Shown here one piece after another: positions 28,294-40,823 of a stretch of 64,000 nucleotides of DNA. The translations under genes and the position numbers were made by a program. How positions within the stretch are numbered: position 1 is the stretch's first letter; each line of letters begins with the position of its first letter. This DNA is from Ruditapes philippinarum (Eukaryota). The stretch covers positions 1-64,000 of the forward strand of contig NW_026861603.1 of NCBI RefSeq assembly GCF_026571515.1, written 5' to 3'. The notes under the pieces are model-generated. The model was given only the letters and a program-made list of their open reading frames with translations, did no database searches and had not been told where the DNA came from.

Positions 28294-28406
28294 TGGATGG
28301 TTCGATTTTAACAAAGACAAAAAATACCGTTCATGAACAGACTCGTTCAAACCGAGCCTGCAACATTTTCAACTTTGTCATTTTGAGCGGTTTTTAGGGA
28401 GTTTCC
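28294..28406 (+). pseudogene. U1-like family, subfamily A, 5'-degenerate
   Basis: TACCGTTCATGAACAGACTCGTTCAAACCGAGCCTGCAACATTTTCAACTTTGTC...TTTAGGGA; the Sm-like site is mutated to AACTTTG. Confidence 0.55.
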
Positions 28407-28553
28407 TTTTCAATTTTTATATAACTTTATGACAGGGCGCGGAGTAAATTTGTTAAAAGGATTCTGACTAGAATTATTTAAGTCCCAGCAAGATAACAGT
28501 TGTGTACTTTAAAACAGTCGATGTTATCAAAAATAGTGAAATAGAGACAAACA

Positions 28554-28714
28554 GGATCCCTAAAGAAAGTCCAACACGATAAAATTGAAAATGTTGAGGG
28601 TCGGTTTGGTTGAGCCTGTTGAAGGACGGTAATGGTAATTGCAAGCTACCGTCCACGCCCTCTAGCACCGGCTTCAGCAGAATTCAACATTTAACATGAA
28701 AAATAAGTAAGTCA
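28554..28714 (-). ncRNA. U1-like structured snRNA candidate, subfamily A, full length
   Basis: Minus strand: TGACTTACTT 5' arm (ACTTAC equals U1 nt 3-8); AGGGCGTGG (U1 has AGGGCGAGG); GGACGGTAG-CTTGCAATTACCA-TTACCGTCC; AGGCTC-AACCAAACC-GACCCT; AATTTTA; GGACTTTCTTTAGGGATCC. The upstream motif is not seen. Confidence 0.55.
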
Positions 28715-28735
28715 CGTGCAATATTCAAAGATTTT

Positions 28736-28892
28736 TTTCTGATAGAAGCTTCTGATAATTGTATGAAAGCTGTATTTTCTGAAAGTAGCTTCTGATAATT
28801 GTATGAAAGCTGTATTTTCTGATAGTAGCTTCTGATTATAGTATTAAAGCTGTATTTTCTGATAGTAACGTAGCTTCTGATAATTGTATGAA
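28736..28892. repeat. 40-bp tandem repeat, about 3.7 copies
   Basis: AGCTTCTGATAATTGTATGAAAGCTGTATTTTCTGATAGT repeated. Confidence 0.9.
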
Positions 28893-29874
28893 ATTTACAG
28901 ATTTTATACTAAACAACTTAACTAGTTGCAAATGATTTGTTTTTATTTAAATACATAATATTTCCCTCAATATCGAATGAGTGAGTATACATATAACTGA
29001 AATTCTTCTCAAAAACTGGATATTTTAAATGCTGATTTTGAACCATACATCTTTGTGTAGAATAATTATTTATAAAACACGTTTAATGATTTTGTTTACA
29101 ATTTTTATTTCTCATTTAATGATTTTGACAAACATACATATAACTAGTATTACAAATACATAACAAGGACCACTACTTATCAATAAACACCTTTTGGTGA
29201 TACATGCAGTCCTTTGTATGCATGTCGATAACTAAATAACTAATGGTAATACTTAAAGATTAAAAATATGTTATAAAAAAATCGCAAAAAAATAATAATA
29301 ATAAATAAATAAATAATGATCATGGAGTATACAAAATTCTTTTAAAATTTTATAACAATGTATAACTTAATTATATTTGTGTCTATTTATCGTCAAATTG
29401 CGTTGTTGAATTAGGACATTAACTCAGTGTCGTTCCTAGACTATAGTATTACATTACTTCGCAAAACCACATTTCAAAAGAATACTGAAACACATTTACA
29501 AAAAAAAACGGACTTTTATCAGCTATGTGTGATTTTTGCTAACAATATTTGCACGCATTTACCCTCTTGCAAATACATGTTTCTGAATGGCCTAGATAGA
29601 AACGACCCAGCTCAGCAAGGTCTTCTTGTAATGCTTGTTGTTTTTACTTTTTTTTTCATTTTTTTTCTTCGGGTGATTCCTACTTTAATATTGTATTATC
29701 AAACACCCTTGGTATATTGTGATCCGTGATGCTCATTATTCCATTTTGTTAATCCGCGACAGTGCTAAATTTTTTTGGTTGGGGAACAAACTGATCTTTT
29801 CATGGAAGGGTATAAAAGTGTCACACTGAACATTCTATTATGACCGCCGTATGAACCATCTATGTTAATAATAG

Positions 29875-29955
29875 TTGATCACCAGTTTCATGTTTGAATG
29901 TTGAGCATGCTAGGGCCCGTGACAGTACCTCCAGTTTCCAATTCAATCCATGGAT
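29875..29955 (+). pseudogene. U1-like family 5' fragment with upstream motif
   Basis: ATGACCGCCGTATGAACCATCT...TTGATCACCAGTTTCATGTTTGAATGTTGAG...TGCTAGGGCCCGTG is homologous to the 5' region of the 5.3 kb copy. Confidence 0.5.
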
Positions 29956-30042
29956 CTTTACTGTCTCTGTTAATTAAAAAAAAATGTCACAAAACAACAA
30001 TTTTTGCCAAAGTCACGTGTAAGGCCACGTGAACATGGAAAA

Positions 30043-30625
30043 ACTTTTACCTCATATAGACGTGTTTTTACGATTTTTTTCTACCCCCCCCCTCCTTTTG
30101 AAGCCTAAAATAGTGCAAAAAAGAACAAAATGCGCTATTTAGGCATCAAATACTGTTTTTCGTTCGAGAAATGTTGTTAAAAAAGTGATAATTTTTTCGC
30201 CACCGCCCTTATCAAAAAGGTACATGAAGGGGGTGCCAGAGGGGGATGTGCCCTCTTCTTTTTAGGGGTTTGAAGGGGGCGATAGCCCCCCTCATCACGA
30301 AGAAAATTTTGGTCATGTGACAGGCTAAAATGGCATCAGGTCATTAAATTAACTTGTAACCAACGATTGAAAGCCTTTTACTCTATTTCAATCCTTTGAG
30401 AAGTGGTAGCACTTTGCAAAATAGTGATTTTGGGCAATTTCGAGACGTTCCCCCGTAGCCATGGTAACATAAAATTTAAGATTAAGCATGCTGTTACAAA
30501 GGCAATGGTCCAGTCAACATTTGTCTTAAGTTTCATCAGTATTGCAGTATTTTTCATAGTTTCATAGCAGTTTGACTTTGTAACAGGAGGTTTTTCAATG
30601 AAAACGGCCATTTTGCACAATATGT
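30043..30625 (+). mobile_element. Non-autonomous DNA element, inverted homolog of 40210-40823
   Basis: Collinear reverse-complement similarity, e.g. CCATGGTAACATAAAATTTAAGATT vs AATCTTAAATTTTCTGTTACCATGG. Confidence 0.75.
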
Positions 30626-31800
30626 TCATTGGGTAAAAGATTATCTCTTGCAAATGAGAAACAATAAATATAGGTGAAATCTATGCATGAATTCGTATTC
30701 AATTTTATAGCAAACCATGCTTTTATATTAATTATTCTCTTTGTTTTTTGAACAATTGGTATTTTACCAACAAACCAATCATCCAAACTACCAACAACAA
30801 CAATAACAAAATATAACAACAAAATAACAATAATTAAAGATAAACCGATGTTTTAAAGTTAATTTGTTATGTGAAGTATTTTAGCTTTGGTTGCTACTGT
30901 GAAAAAATTAAGTGCGTGTTTTTCGTATAAATTTTAAAATGAAAGTATTCGATCTGTTTTTTTTGCCATCTCTTTTACTTCGAAAAATGAAGATATTTTC
31001 AAAAAATGTAGTCTCCAAAAGAAAAAAAAATCAAATGCAGTATGTACTTGTTTTCTGATACGGTAAACTAACGTTATTTAAACATTTATAAAGGAAAATT
31101 GTTATTCTAATTACATCTTTACGTTGTATTCTTTACAAAGTACATAATGTTTCTGAAAGCTTACACAATTTAAGAAATAACAGTAGCGTTTCAATAAGAC
31201 ATCATTATGCAGTAGTTATCCCCGGCAATATTTGTAATGTTACGTGACTTTCTCATTAATTCTATACATTTGTACAATAGTATGCAATCGTCATTCCGTA
31301 AAAAAATTAGATGTGCCCTTGGGAGCAACAAAATTTGTTTTTTCTCTTTGGAGTAGAACACTTAAGAGTAATTGAAAGATTTGATTATAGTGATTGACAT
31401 TTAATTATATTTAGGTTTATTGAACGTCACATAAAAACACAATTGAGGTCCATTAAATGGAAGTGATCATTGTGTTGTGTTAGTCTGCTTTCATGGATGC
31501 TCTGTATTTTCAGTATTTAAATGCTATGAAGGGATGTCAAATATTAAATAAAAATATTGTTTTGTGACACTTCATTTTTTACGTTTAGTTTCGTTTATAT
31601 TTAAGAAGACCGGAAAAAATGTTAAAATCAAATCAAAATGTAATCAAAGCAAACAAATAACTTGTTTATAGTTTTATCATTGCAACAATTTATATCTACA
31701 TTGTGATATTTTGTGACAGAGGCAATATTTCTGTGATCTATAATTTGTTTTTATGTAATTCATAATTAGTAGATTATGTTGTGAAGAAACAGAAAAATAC

Positions 31801-31935
31801 GGAATCCCTAAAGAACACCAAGAACGGCAAACTTTGAACTGTAAATGGGTCGGTTTGATTGCATCTGGTCATGGAAATTGCAATGTACCGCCCATGACCC
31901 TAGCACAGGTTTAAGTGGAATTTTACATTTGACTA
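31801..31935 (-). pseudogene. U1-like family, subfamily A, degenerate
   Basis: Plus strand GGAATCCCTAAAGAAC...TCGGTTTGATTG...CATGGAAATTGCAATGTACCGCCCATGACCCTAGCACAGGTTTAAG. The loop reads ATTGCAAT on the minus strand. Confidence 0.55.
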
Positions 31936-33437
31936 ATGATGCTACATATATAATACTGAGAAACGTTGTCTTGAATACCAATCAGATTCATGTGCTCTAC
32001 TTGCTTTTATTTCTTGATAGTCCGATGCCTTTTCTGTGCATGTGTTATGAAAAATCCTTCTTCTTAAATTTCAGAAAAAACAAGCTTTTTATTAACACTG
32101 TCATTAAGCATGCGTGTTACTGGCATCAAGTGTATTTTTTTTGGACGAAGTCCGTCTCAGAGCACTTTGAATTCCTATATAATATAGAGGGAAGAACTGA
32201 ATATAGATAGGATTTCTATTGGTGTTTCTAAAATTACAAACAAAAATCAGGGAATCTCATTGGCTTATCTAAAAATAGTAAAATAATATAGAGGATCTTA
32301 AACGTACACACGTCTAATTTCTTAAAAGGAGTGTCAGAAACAAACTGTCTGGTTAAATTTCTCGGATATTTGAGACCTGTGAACGGCGTTTCATCCCATT
32401 TAACAACAGCTTACAATGGTTTCATAATTTATTGATTCTCTAATAAAAAACATTCTTAACATTAAAATAAACTGTGATTAATTGGCATTTTATATGTTTT
32501 GTGTAAAATAACGAGACCACCAAAAGCACTCACGATCCTTGAAACTTAAGTTCATGAAAATATGTAAAGGCACAACATTAAAATATCCGAACTCATCTGA
32601 TACTCTCACTAGATAATGTTGCATGTTCACGATATAATACATGTATGATTATTGATGTGTTCAATTGATTTGAATCGCATTATTTTTATACATGTATATT
32701 TGCATATTAATGAAGCACATATTCATTTGTACCTGAAAGCGCCATTGTAAAGAACATTACCGGAACAAGCAGTTTCGTTTAGAAACATATCTTACACGGA
32801 TGAGCTCAGATAAGGGTAGGAATCACTACCAAAGCTTTGTCAAAACACTGGCTACAAATTGACTATCACTGATTTGTTATAATTATCATATTGTTGATTT
32901 TTACTGCATTTTGGTGGTAAAAACCTGATATGACACGATGAAAAGTATAGTATGTTTACTGTATAATTCTGGAAATTTCGATAGTGCAACTTTTTTTTAC
33001 TATTCTTCAAAAGAAATGCAAAAAAAGCCAAAAAAGCAGATAAAAATAATATTAAGATTTCTGGAAATATAAAGGTCCTATGAAATAAATACTTTTTACC
33101 AAATTTAAATCGGGCAAAAAATGTGGCCAAAAATGTAAAGCATGATATAAATGTATTTATCGTTATTTTTTGCCATATTTGGACCATTTTAAATAAGACA
33201 TGATGAATTGTACTTAAAACAAGACAAACATGTACATTACCAAGAGTTAACTACAAAACAGACATTTAACTGTGAACAAATTATCAGTAGTTTTGTCAAA
33301 AGTTTGGTTCATTTAATTTCCCCAAACCCAAAGTGGAGTGGTTCTTTTGGTATGGTCCGTATACCAACTTTCAACATGATGTTACAATTGCCTTTCATAT
33401 CAAATGAATATTTCATTATCAATTACAGACAACAACA

Positions 33438-34692
33438 TGTTTGTTTGATTTTACGCCTTTTCCCAACAGTATTTCAGTCATATAGGCGGGTAGTTTCCTA
33501 ACCATCGTTCCTTGAGAGTTACACCAGCAGTGCGTTCAGTACCCATTTTACGTTAGCCAATCACCGTTACTGTTACGAAACGGTTCATCGAACGAACTGT
33601 TTTGGCGCTAACGTTTAAAGATGGCGGACAGGAGAATAATATCAGCGATTTTGTTAGAAGAATTGGCAGAAGATGACTTCTTTACGCAATTTAATTCTTA
33701 TCAAACATTGGCAATGGATGTCATGAATTTTTCTCTAAGTATGTATGTTCAAATTTCATGTAATTGTTGTTTATTTGCTGTTAAAATCACATCTTTTCGC
33801 CCGAATTACAACGCCGGTTCAAGACCGGGAAGTCTCGTCGTATTTTTAGATTTCCCATAGTGATAATGAACATATGTAATTTGTTTATAGTGGCGTTGAG
33901 GTAATAAACTGTGGCGTTGAGATAATAAACTATTATTTTATCTATATTAATTAATTCGGAAAATTTTGACGCCTTGAAAAAATCAACGTTTCCCTCAGTC
34001 ATTGCATATGTTTTTTTCCGATCTCAAAACATTGTATATGTAAGTAGTCTTTCGGACTATGCTCCCTATATTTTATGCGAGACAAAACAGAATTTCACTA
34101 GACTGGGGCTTGGGCTTTGCCTATTTTTCGTCAAATATTTCAATTGTGAATAAAATCAATTGGCAATTTGTAGCCAAAGTTCTACGGTATCATAGTCATG
34201 TTTTGAAATTATAGGTCATGTTGGTGTCAATGTACAATATACATCAATACATCTAATCACAGTTTCTATATAAACTGTTTAAATAGCCAAGGTAAAATGA
34301 GTGAAAACACACGAGCTGTTTACCTTTTCTTCGAGTAAAATCGTAATTTGTAATGCTAAAAGATGCAAATTTTTCTATATTTAAACTGCAAGTTAATTGT
34401 GATTTATTGTTCAATTTACCTTCCTCCGTGCTAAACTACCAAAGCATCTCCCGGGGATCGAACCCAAACCAGAGAGGTAACTAGATTAGAAGTAATCGAC
34501 TCTAAACCCTTGACCACGGAGGCGGTCCAAGACATAGGCGGGTAGTTTCCTAACCATCGTTCCTGGAGAGTTAAACCAGTACTAGAATACCTTCCTCCGT
34601 GCTAAACTACCAAAGCATCTCCCGGGGATCGAACCCACGCCAGAGGTAACTGGATTAGAAGTCATCGACTCTAACCCCTCGACCACGGAGGC
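33438..34692 (-). mobile_element. tRNA-derived SINE with duplicated head, interrupted by a ~0.9-kb insertion (33528-34414)
   Basis: Two heads GCCTCCGTGGTC...GGGTTCGATCCCCGGG (34415-34523 and 34585-34692). TAGGCGGGTAGTTTCCTAACCATCGTTCC is shared at 33483 and 34535. (CAAA)n tail at about 33440. Confidence 0.75.
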
Positions 34693-36395
34693 GTTCCAAG
34701 ACAACATGATTATACAACATGTGCAGAAGACATGGGGAATATATTCTCCGAAAAACTTTTTCCGTAGACCGTTTACCCATTATATTAGAACCTTTAAAAC
34801 CTATTTAATCACTCTTTTAAAACAAACTCTTCACTGAATTTGATGATACTTTACTAAAACTTAAAGTTGAAAATCATATTTTATACCGTTTCAAGTCAAT
34901 CTGAATCTATGTGTTATAATTAAGACTATAAATACTAAAAGGTTCACTTAATATTAACAAAAAAGTAAGTTATCAAGATCTGAATTAAAGAGATGGTACC
35001 GTCAAAAATCAAGACAATATTGAATACGCAAAGGAAACAGATAGTCGGAGAAAGCGACTAAAGCGCTCACGACAAAGGGCAGAAATAAAGAGTGGAAACA
35101 AACAGCTTCACAAATATGAAAACGACAAACAAACAAAAACATGTCCAGATACAGAATGAGCTTAAAGTCAAAGAAAACAAGTGAAATTCGCCACAACTGA
35201 AAGAAGATAGAAAAAACAAATAATATATATCAAGAGACACAAAGCTGCGCATAACACTCAGAAATTTAAAAAATGAGAATTCAGCTCAAGTCAGTTGATC
35301 AAACAAGTACTAACAATACATTTCCTAACACCATTGTACAGAATTATATGGGAAAAACTGGAGATATTTGCGGACGCGTGTATGTTAAAGCATGCATATA
35401 AGAAAAGTCTAAAATCTTGTTATAATTATGACATCAAGGGGCTGTCCACTTTCTCTGATATCTTTAAGAAATATTGCAAGAGAAACCATTGTCAATCGTT
35501 GTGGTGATAAACGTATTGGTCCCAGTAAAGGCCCATAAGAAAGATTGGTGTTAAGCTTTTCTGAAAACCATCTTGAGCTTAGACTAAGAGTTGCCCATCC
35601 CCTTGAACATTCCAGAGCAATTATATCTGATGTGGTCGATGAATACTGTCACTTGTTACAGAAGTGTCTTGATGAAGGCCATCTTACGTTTGAAATTGCA
35701 CGCATTTAGAATTGTAGACTTGTGGAGAGTTAGGCAATTTAAGTCGAATACATTTAATACAATATAATACTAATTAATGAAGCATGTATATCAGTCTTTA
35801 TTCATTTATCTTGGCGTGTAACATTACAAATTGCAATATCTGCTGGTGGACATCAGCATAGGATAACTGAAAAGGGAGTTATTGTTTTGCAGTTGTTTGA
35901 AGGATATTTTGTTATAAGCACAGGACGTTGTTTACTTACACATATCAAAACAGCGAGTGCTTTCCTTGTAACAAGGATATCTTGTTGAGAGATAGAGAAT
36001 ACTGCTTCCAGCATTTAAGCAGATAAATGGTGCCACTGTAGCTGCAGCCTTCAACTGTACTCGTTCAATATATATGAAAGCTGTAAAAGCGCTGTTGCCT
36101 GTCACAAGCAATAGAACAACTTATCAGCAGTCCACCATCATCAACGGACGTTGCTTTCATATAAGTTGAACCACCAAACGTGCCACTTACAAACACGTAC
36201 GTCTGGTGGAGAACAATAAGATCGTTGTTATGCACAGTACAGTCCAAGAACCTGAAAAAGCATCTAAAGAGTAAATTAAATGTTACGCTGATATCTGTAT
36301 TGTCTGCGAGGTTGGTCATACAGAAGGTAGGGTGTGTGACATTTGCCATAAATGGTATAATCGGGATTGTTTGCCAAACTGTATTTAAACAGAGA

Positions 36396-36442
36396 TACAG
36401 ACTCAATCAAACCAAAGTCTGCAAATGCTTCCGAGGGATCAC
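36396..36442 (+). pseudogene. U1-like family, subfamily B fragment with the Sm-like site deleted
   Basis: CAGACTCAATCAAACCAAAGTCTGCAAATGCTTCCGAGGGATCAC, plus the downstream CCAGATTTTTAA shared with the 46.2 kb copy. Confidence 0.55.
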
Positions 36443-36786
36443 TTTGTTTCCAGATTTTTAATAACCATAACAGTAATCCAGTGGCTGTGCAATTTTTTTC
36501 TAATGTAAAACGTATGGAAGTATGTTAATCATTTATAGTTTAATAGTTTTTTCCAAGTACATTCACTGTTACTATGTGTTATCGAAGTTACAAAAACATT
36601 TAAAGTTACATGCTGATAAAATTATATTATATCATTATTGGTGAATTATGTTGTCCTTTTCATACAATTGGTTTTGATGTTTACCTGTTCCGAGTGATCA
36701 CACTTTGTCCGGATCATTCAGTGGCAGTTGTCATTAAATACTGAAATGAATGTTTAGCTAATAATGGACTTTTTGTTATATAAAAC

Positions 36787-37299
36787 AACAAAAGCTGTCG
36801 GCAGGACAGCTAGCTCGACTATTTTTAGTGCTTGATAGTAAAAGAACCTTTATAATGTAAAATTTTCTACTATAACAAAGGGTGTAAACTTAAATGTAAA
36901 TTCTAATAAAAAAGTGCATTACTCTGTCAAATTGCCTGATAGAGTTACCTCCTCTTGTCTACAGATTGAGGCTATGATGGTGAACAAGTGTGCAAAGTTT
37001 CAAAGCCATATGTCAATGGACTTTGAAAATAATTAAGGTGGTACACAAACTTTAACATAAATTCTAAGTCAAAAAGGGGCATAATTCTATCAAAATGTTT
37101 GATAGAGATACCTTATTCTGTTTACTGGTTGGGGTCATGATGGTGAACAAAGCCATATGTCAATGGACTTTGAAAACATTTCAGGTGCTACAGAAACTTT
37201 AACATAAGTGCTTACGTCGATGCCGACAGAGAGGCCGACGCCGACGTTCGAATGACTAGGATAGCTCTACTTATTCTTATCGAATAGTCGAGCTAAAAA
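36787..37299. mobile_element. HINE
   Basis: Palindrome AGCTGTCGGCAGGACAGCT, sub-TIR GCTCGACTATT / AATAGTCGAGCTAAAAA, two internal repeat units, GACGCC microsatellite. Confidence 0.75.
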
Positions 37300-39318
37300 G
37301 GCACCAGTCCACCTTACAATATTTAAAACTGTATTTTCTTAACGGCATTAGATACCACTAGATCACGGACACCATTCACTAATTAAATAGATTGTTGTCC
37401 ATCTTGTTTTGCAAGAGTATAGATAATAGAAAATAGATAAATCAATGAATTCCCCATGCCATATTAGTTTTTTAACAAACATTGCTGGGCCGTGTATGGG
37501 TTGCTTTCATTGAACGCCGCCTTTCCTGGTTTGTCTTGTTTATCATGTTTTAAGGCATGTGAATTGACATATTATGAAGGATTGAACGCCGCTTTTCTAT
37601 GTTGGCCTTGTTAATCGTATTTCATCATGTCATATTATAAAAAAGCAAGATCAACAAGGAAGGGTGGCATTCAATGAACGGACCCCCAACACAGGACCAC
37701 TAGCATGGAACCCAGTAGGACACCAATAAGGACAGGGCACACATGCACACCTCGGTCGAAATGTCTCTAGGCAGACAAATAGTCAAACAAGTGTTTAATT
37801 TGGTTTAGTAGAGTAACATTTGTTAACTAAGTGTTAACCAATAATCAATAGGAATACACTTTTTATAAGGATGATCAAATAGATTATTTGAAACATGAAA
37901 AACAAAAATTAAAAAAAAACTAAAACTAGAGACACAAGGGAAGATATTATCGTAGGCGAGAAGGGACACGAAAATAGTATAAAATAACAAACAAGACATA
38001 CCTCTAAGGAACACAAATTGGCACCGCCTTGGAACGGTCAGCAGCCTTAGCACTGCTGGGAAGTTTAAACCGGTTAAAATCGATTTACAAATGTATCGTT
38101 ATGGAGATGTTTATTAATGGCAAGGACCATTCGACGAGTGTAAAATACATGCTTGATCAAAAATGAATTGGAGAGTGGGATTTGGAATTAAAAAAAGAAA
38201 TAAAAAGAACCTCTTCCCCAAGCCATTTTAAAATAATAATAAAAAATATGTATTGTCAAAAAAAAATTAAATGTGCTTATAGTTAGATATCGCAGATCCT
38301 CAATGAATTAGATTAATATATGCAATAACTTGTGAAGAAAAATAAAGTCGTTTATCAAAAGGAATGAGTAGTAAATTAAAAGAGAAAAAAAAAGATTCAC
38401 TTCAGATGTTGCCAAGATAGTTGTCTCACAGTGACTCTCAAGAATATTGCTACAGCTCTAACTGATGTGAAACCTTGACAAATTTCTGTCAATGACACTA
38501 TTACATACATATACTTTGGAGAAATGTTTGATAAATTTCTTTTCCATATTAAGAACAGAGCAAAGAGTAACAGCAGGGCTTTAGCAAAGAAAAATTTGAC
38601 TACAAAGAACACAGATACATAAAAAGTGTAAGATGAACATAATAAGATCATTGACACAGTCAATGTATGAAATTCACATTTATTTCGGTGAGGGAATTAA
38701 GATTACTTAATTAAATGCCTCGTAAACGGTGATTTTACAAGTACGGGAAAATGAAAACAATTTAAGTAGCAAGAAAACGTAAAATGGTTTGAAGTAATAT
38801 GATTTATGATATCTAAATACATTTTTATTATTACTTTCTTTCATTTTGCTTCTAAATGAATATAGTGAGTATCTTTTTTACTTTTGTACCCCTCTTAGCT
38901 GTTCTTTTTAGCACCATTTTAAGTTTAACATTATTGTCAAAATTCATTTGTTTTTTTGGTTAAAATATTTTGTAACATCCGATGTACAAGTATTTAGATT
39001 GAAACAATTTACAGAAACAAGTGTTACGTTAAAAAAGACAAGAACAAAGATCAACAAGGCAAAGGCAACGTTCACAGGACGTAGTAAGAAACAGTACACT
39101 TTTCACTAGAGTTTATAATGATTACATGCGAACAGGATTAAATAATATTCTTATCGCCCATGTGAACAGAGTGACAAGCTTTAGAATGACGAAATTTTAG
39201 TGAATTTTAGGAATTAAATGCGTGATTTTGATGACTTCACTCCGTTGGTTCTGAATGGTTTATAGGTTATACTATTGATCAATTGAAAAATATAAAAATA
39301 AATGAAATAGAGAAAACA

Positions 39319-39525
39319 GAATCCATAAAGATAGTCCAACATGGCAAAATTTAAAATTTGCAGGCTCGGTTTGGGCTTTCCTTAGGGATTATTATTTTTC
39401 TTTTTTGATTGAGCCTTTTTATGGACTGTAGTCGTATTCATGGACGGTAGTGGTTATTGCAAGCTACCGTCCATGCCCCCATAGAACCGGTTTTTAGCTG
39501 AATTCAATATTACAGTTTTATATGA
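39319..39525 (-). pseudogene. U1-like family, subfamily A, with internal inverted insertion and short duplication
   Basis: Perfect 12-bp stem CATGGACGGTAG/CTACCGTCCATG. The loop of the CAAA hairpin is interrupted by an inverted 3'-end segment at about 39373-39404. Confidence 0.6.
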
Positions 39526-40209
39526 AGTTGACAGTTAACGTTGCTATATCATTAAATAAAATATTGATGAGACGTTTCTTTATGATGTCAGTAAACAATA
39601 ATATTTTTTTTATCAAAGATGCCTATATTTATCAATTCTATTTGACACGTAAGAAAGAACATAAGAACAGCTGCATAGTCAATTTAGACATGCAGTCCGT
39701 AAACGATGTTTATTGACATATTTACTCCCGGTTATTTTCTTGTTGGTTTAAAGTGACAGAATCACGAGTCATATTAGAATATTCTTATTCATTCAATGAT
39801 GTACTGAAGTTAACCAAAAAAGGTTTCTCAGATTAATAAAAAGGAAGGTTTCCCATTAAAAAATTGTTTTGAATTCAGGACGTCAATTATCAATATACGA
39901 CTATTTTCAGATACATATTTTATACGTACTTTGTTATAAACTCCTGCTGTCTATATCATAATGTAGATTCGGGATAAAATCATTTAATCCATGTTTATTG
40001 TAGAAATCACTTATTTGATATACACGCTTGTCCATTTGCCTTATCACAAAGTTATACGATGTTCCTCTGGGGACATCATAAAATGTCAAAAATTACTATG
40101 TTTCTCTTTGAACCTGACGATTTCAAGTTATTAACATGATCTGAGTTCAATGCCTGATGTTTAGTTACATTTGCCTGTCTAAAATAATGCAAATCAGAAA
40201 CCTTATAAG

Positions 40210-40823
40210 TTAACCTTTTATTTTGAAAAATGGCCGTTATCATTGAAAAGCCTCCTATTAAGTTCCAACAACTATAAAACTATGAAAAATACTTCAATAC
40301 TGATGAAACTTGGCACATATGTTGACTGAACCATAACCTCTGTAACAACATGTGCAATCTTAAATTTTCTGTTACCATGGCAACGGGGGGACGTCTCAAA
40401 ATTGCGAAAAATCACTATTTTGCATTGCTTTTTTCATCAAAATGATTTCAAAGTCATGCAACTTCTTAATGCAATGAGATAGAGTAAAAGGGTTTTCAGC
40501 GTTGGTTAAACGTCACCTGTAGTATGACTTGAGGCCATTTTTTACCTGTCACATGTCTAAAATTTTCTTGGCGATGAGGGGGACTACCGCCCCCTTCAAA
40601 CTCCCAAACAGAAGGGGGCACATCCCCCTTCTAGCAACCCCCTGATGTATCATTTTGATGGGGGGCCGCGCCGAAAAAGTGGTCACTTTTTTTTAACAAC
40701 ATTTCTCAAACGAAAAAACGTGTTTTGGGGCCTAAATAGGGCATTTTTTCACTGTTTGAGGCCTCAAAGGGGGGGGGGGGACAAAAGGTCGTCAAAACAC
40801 AGCTATATATGGGAAAAGGTTAA
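40210..40823 (-). mobile_element. TTAA-flanked piggyBac-like non-autonomous element
   Basis: TTAACCTTTT...AAAAGGTTAA ends; second copy at 30043-30625. Confidence 0.7.

Noticed and set aside
28474-28668. The repeated element as a small-peptide gene family (ORFs 28474..28668 and 31845..32210)
   Set aside because: Copies differ by non-triplet indels and stops in all frames examined, and conservation follows base-pairing rather than codons.
29923-29934. CAGTACCTCCAG matches the U2 stem-loop IV region
   Set aside because: Only 12 nt with no other U2 sequence nearby; compatible with chance.
35340-36395. Slightly GC-richer stretch with short ORFs (e.g. 36065..36406)
   Set aside because: No recognisable protein motif; possibly decayed coding or transposon DNA, but this cannot be supported.
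39439-39476. Family hairpin as a pre-miRNA
   Set aside because: The stem is only about 12 bp, too short for Drosha/Dicer processing, and the arms are not conserved between subfamilies.
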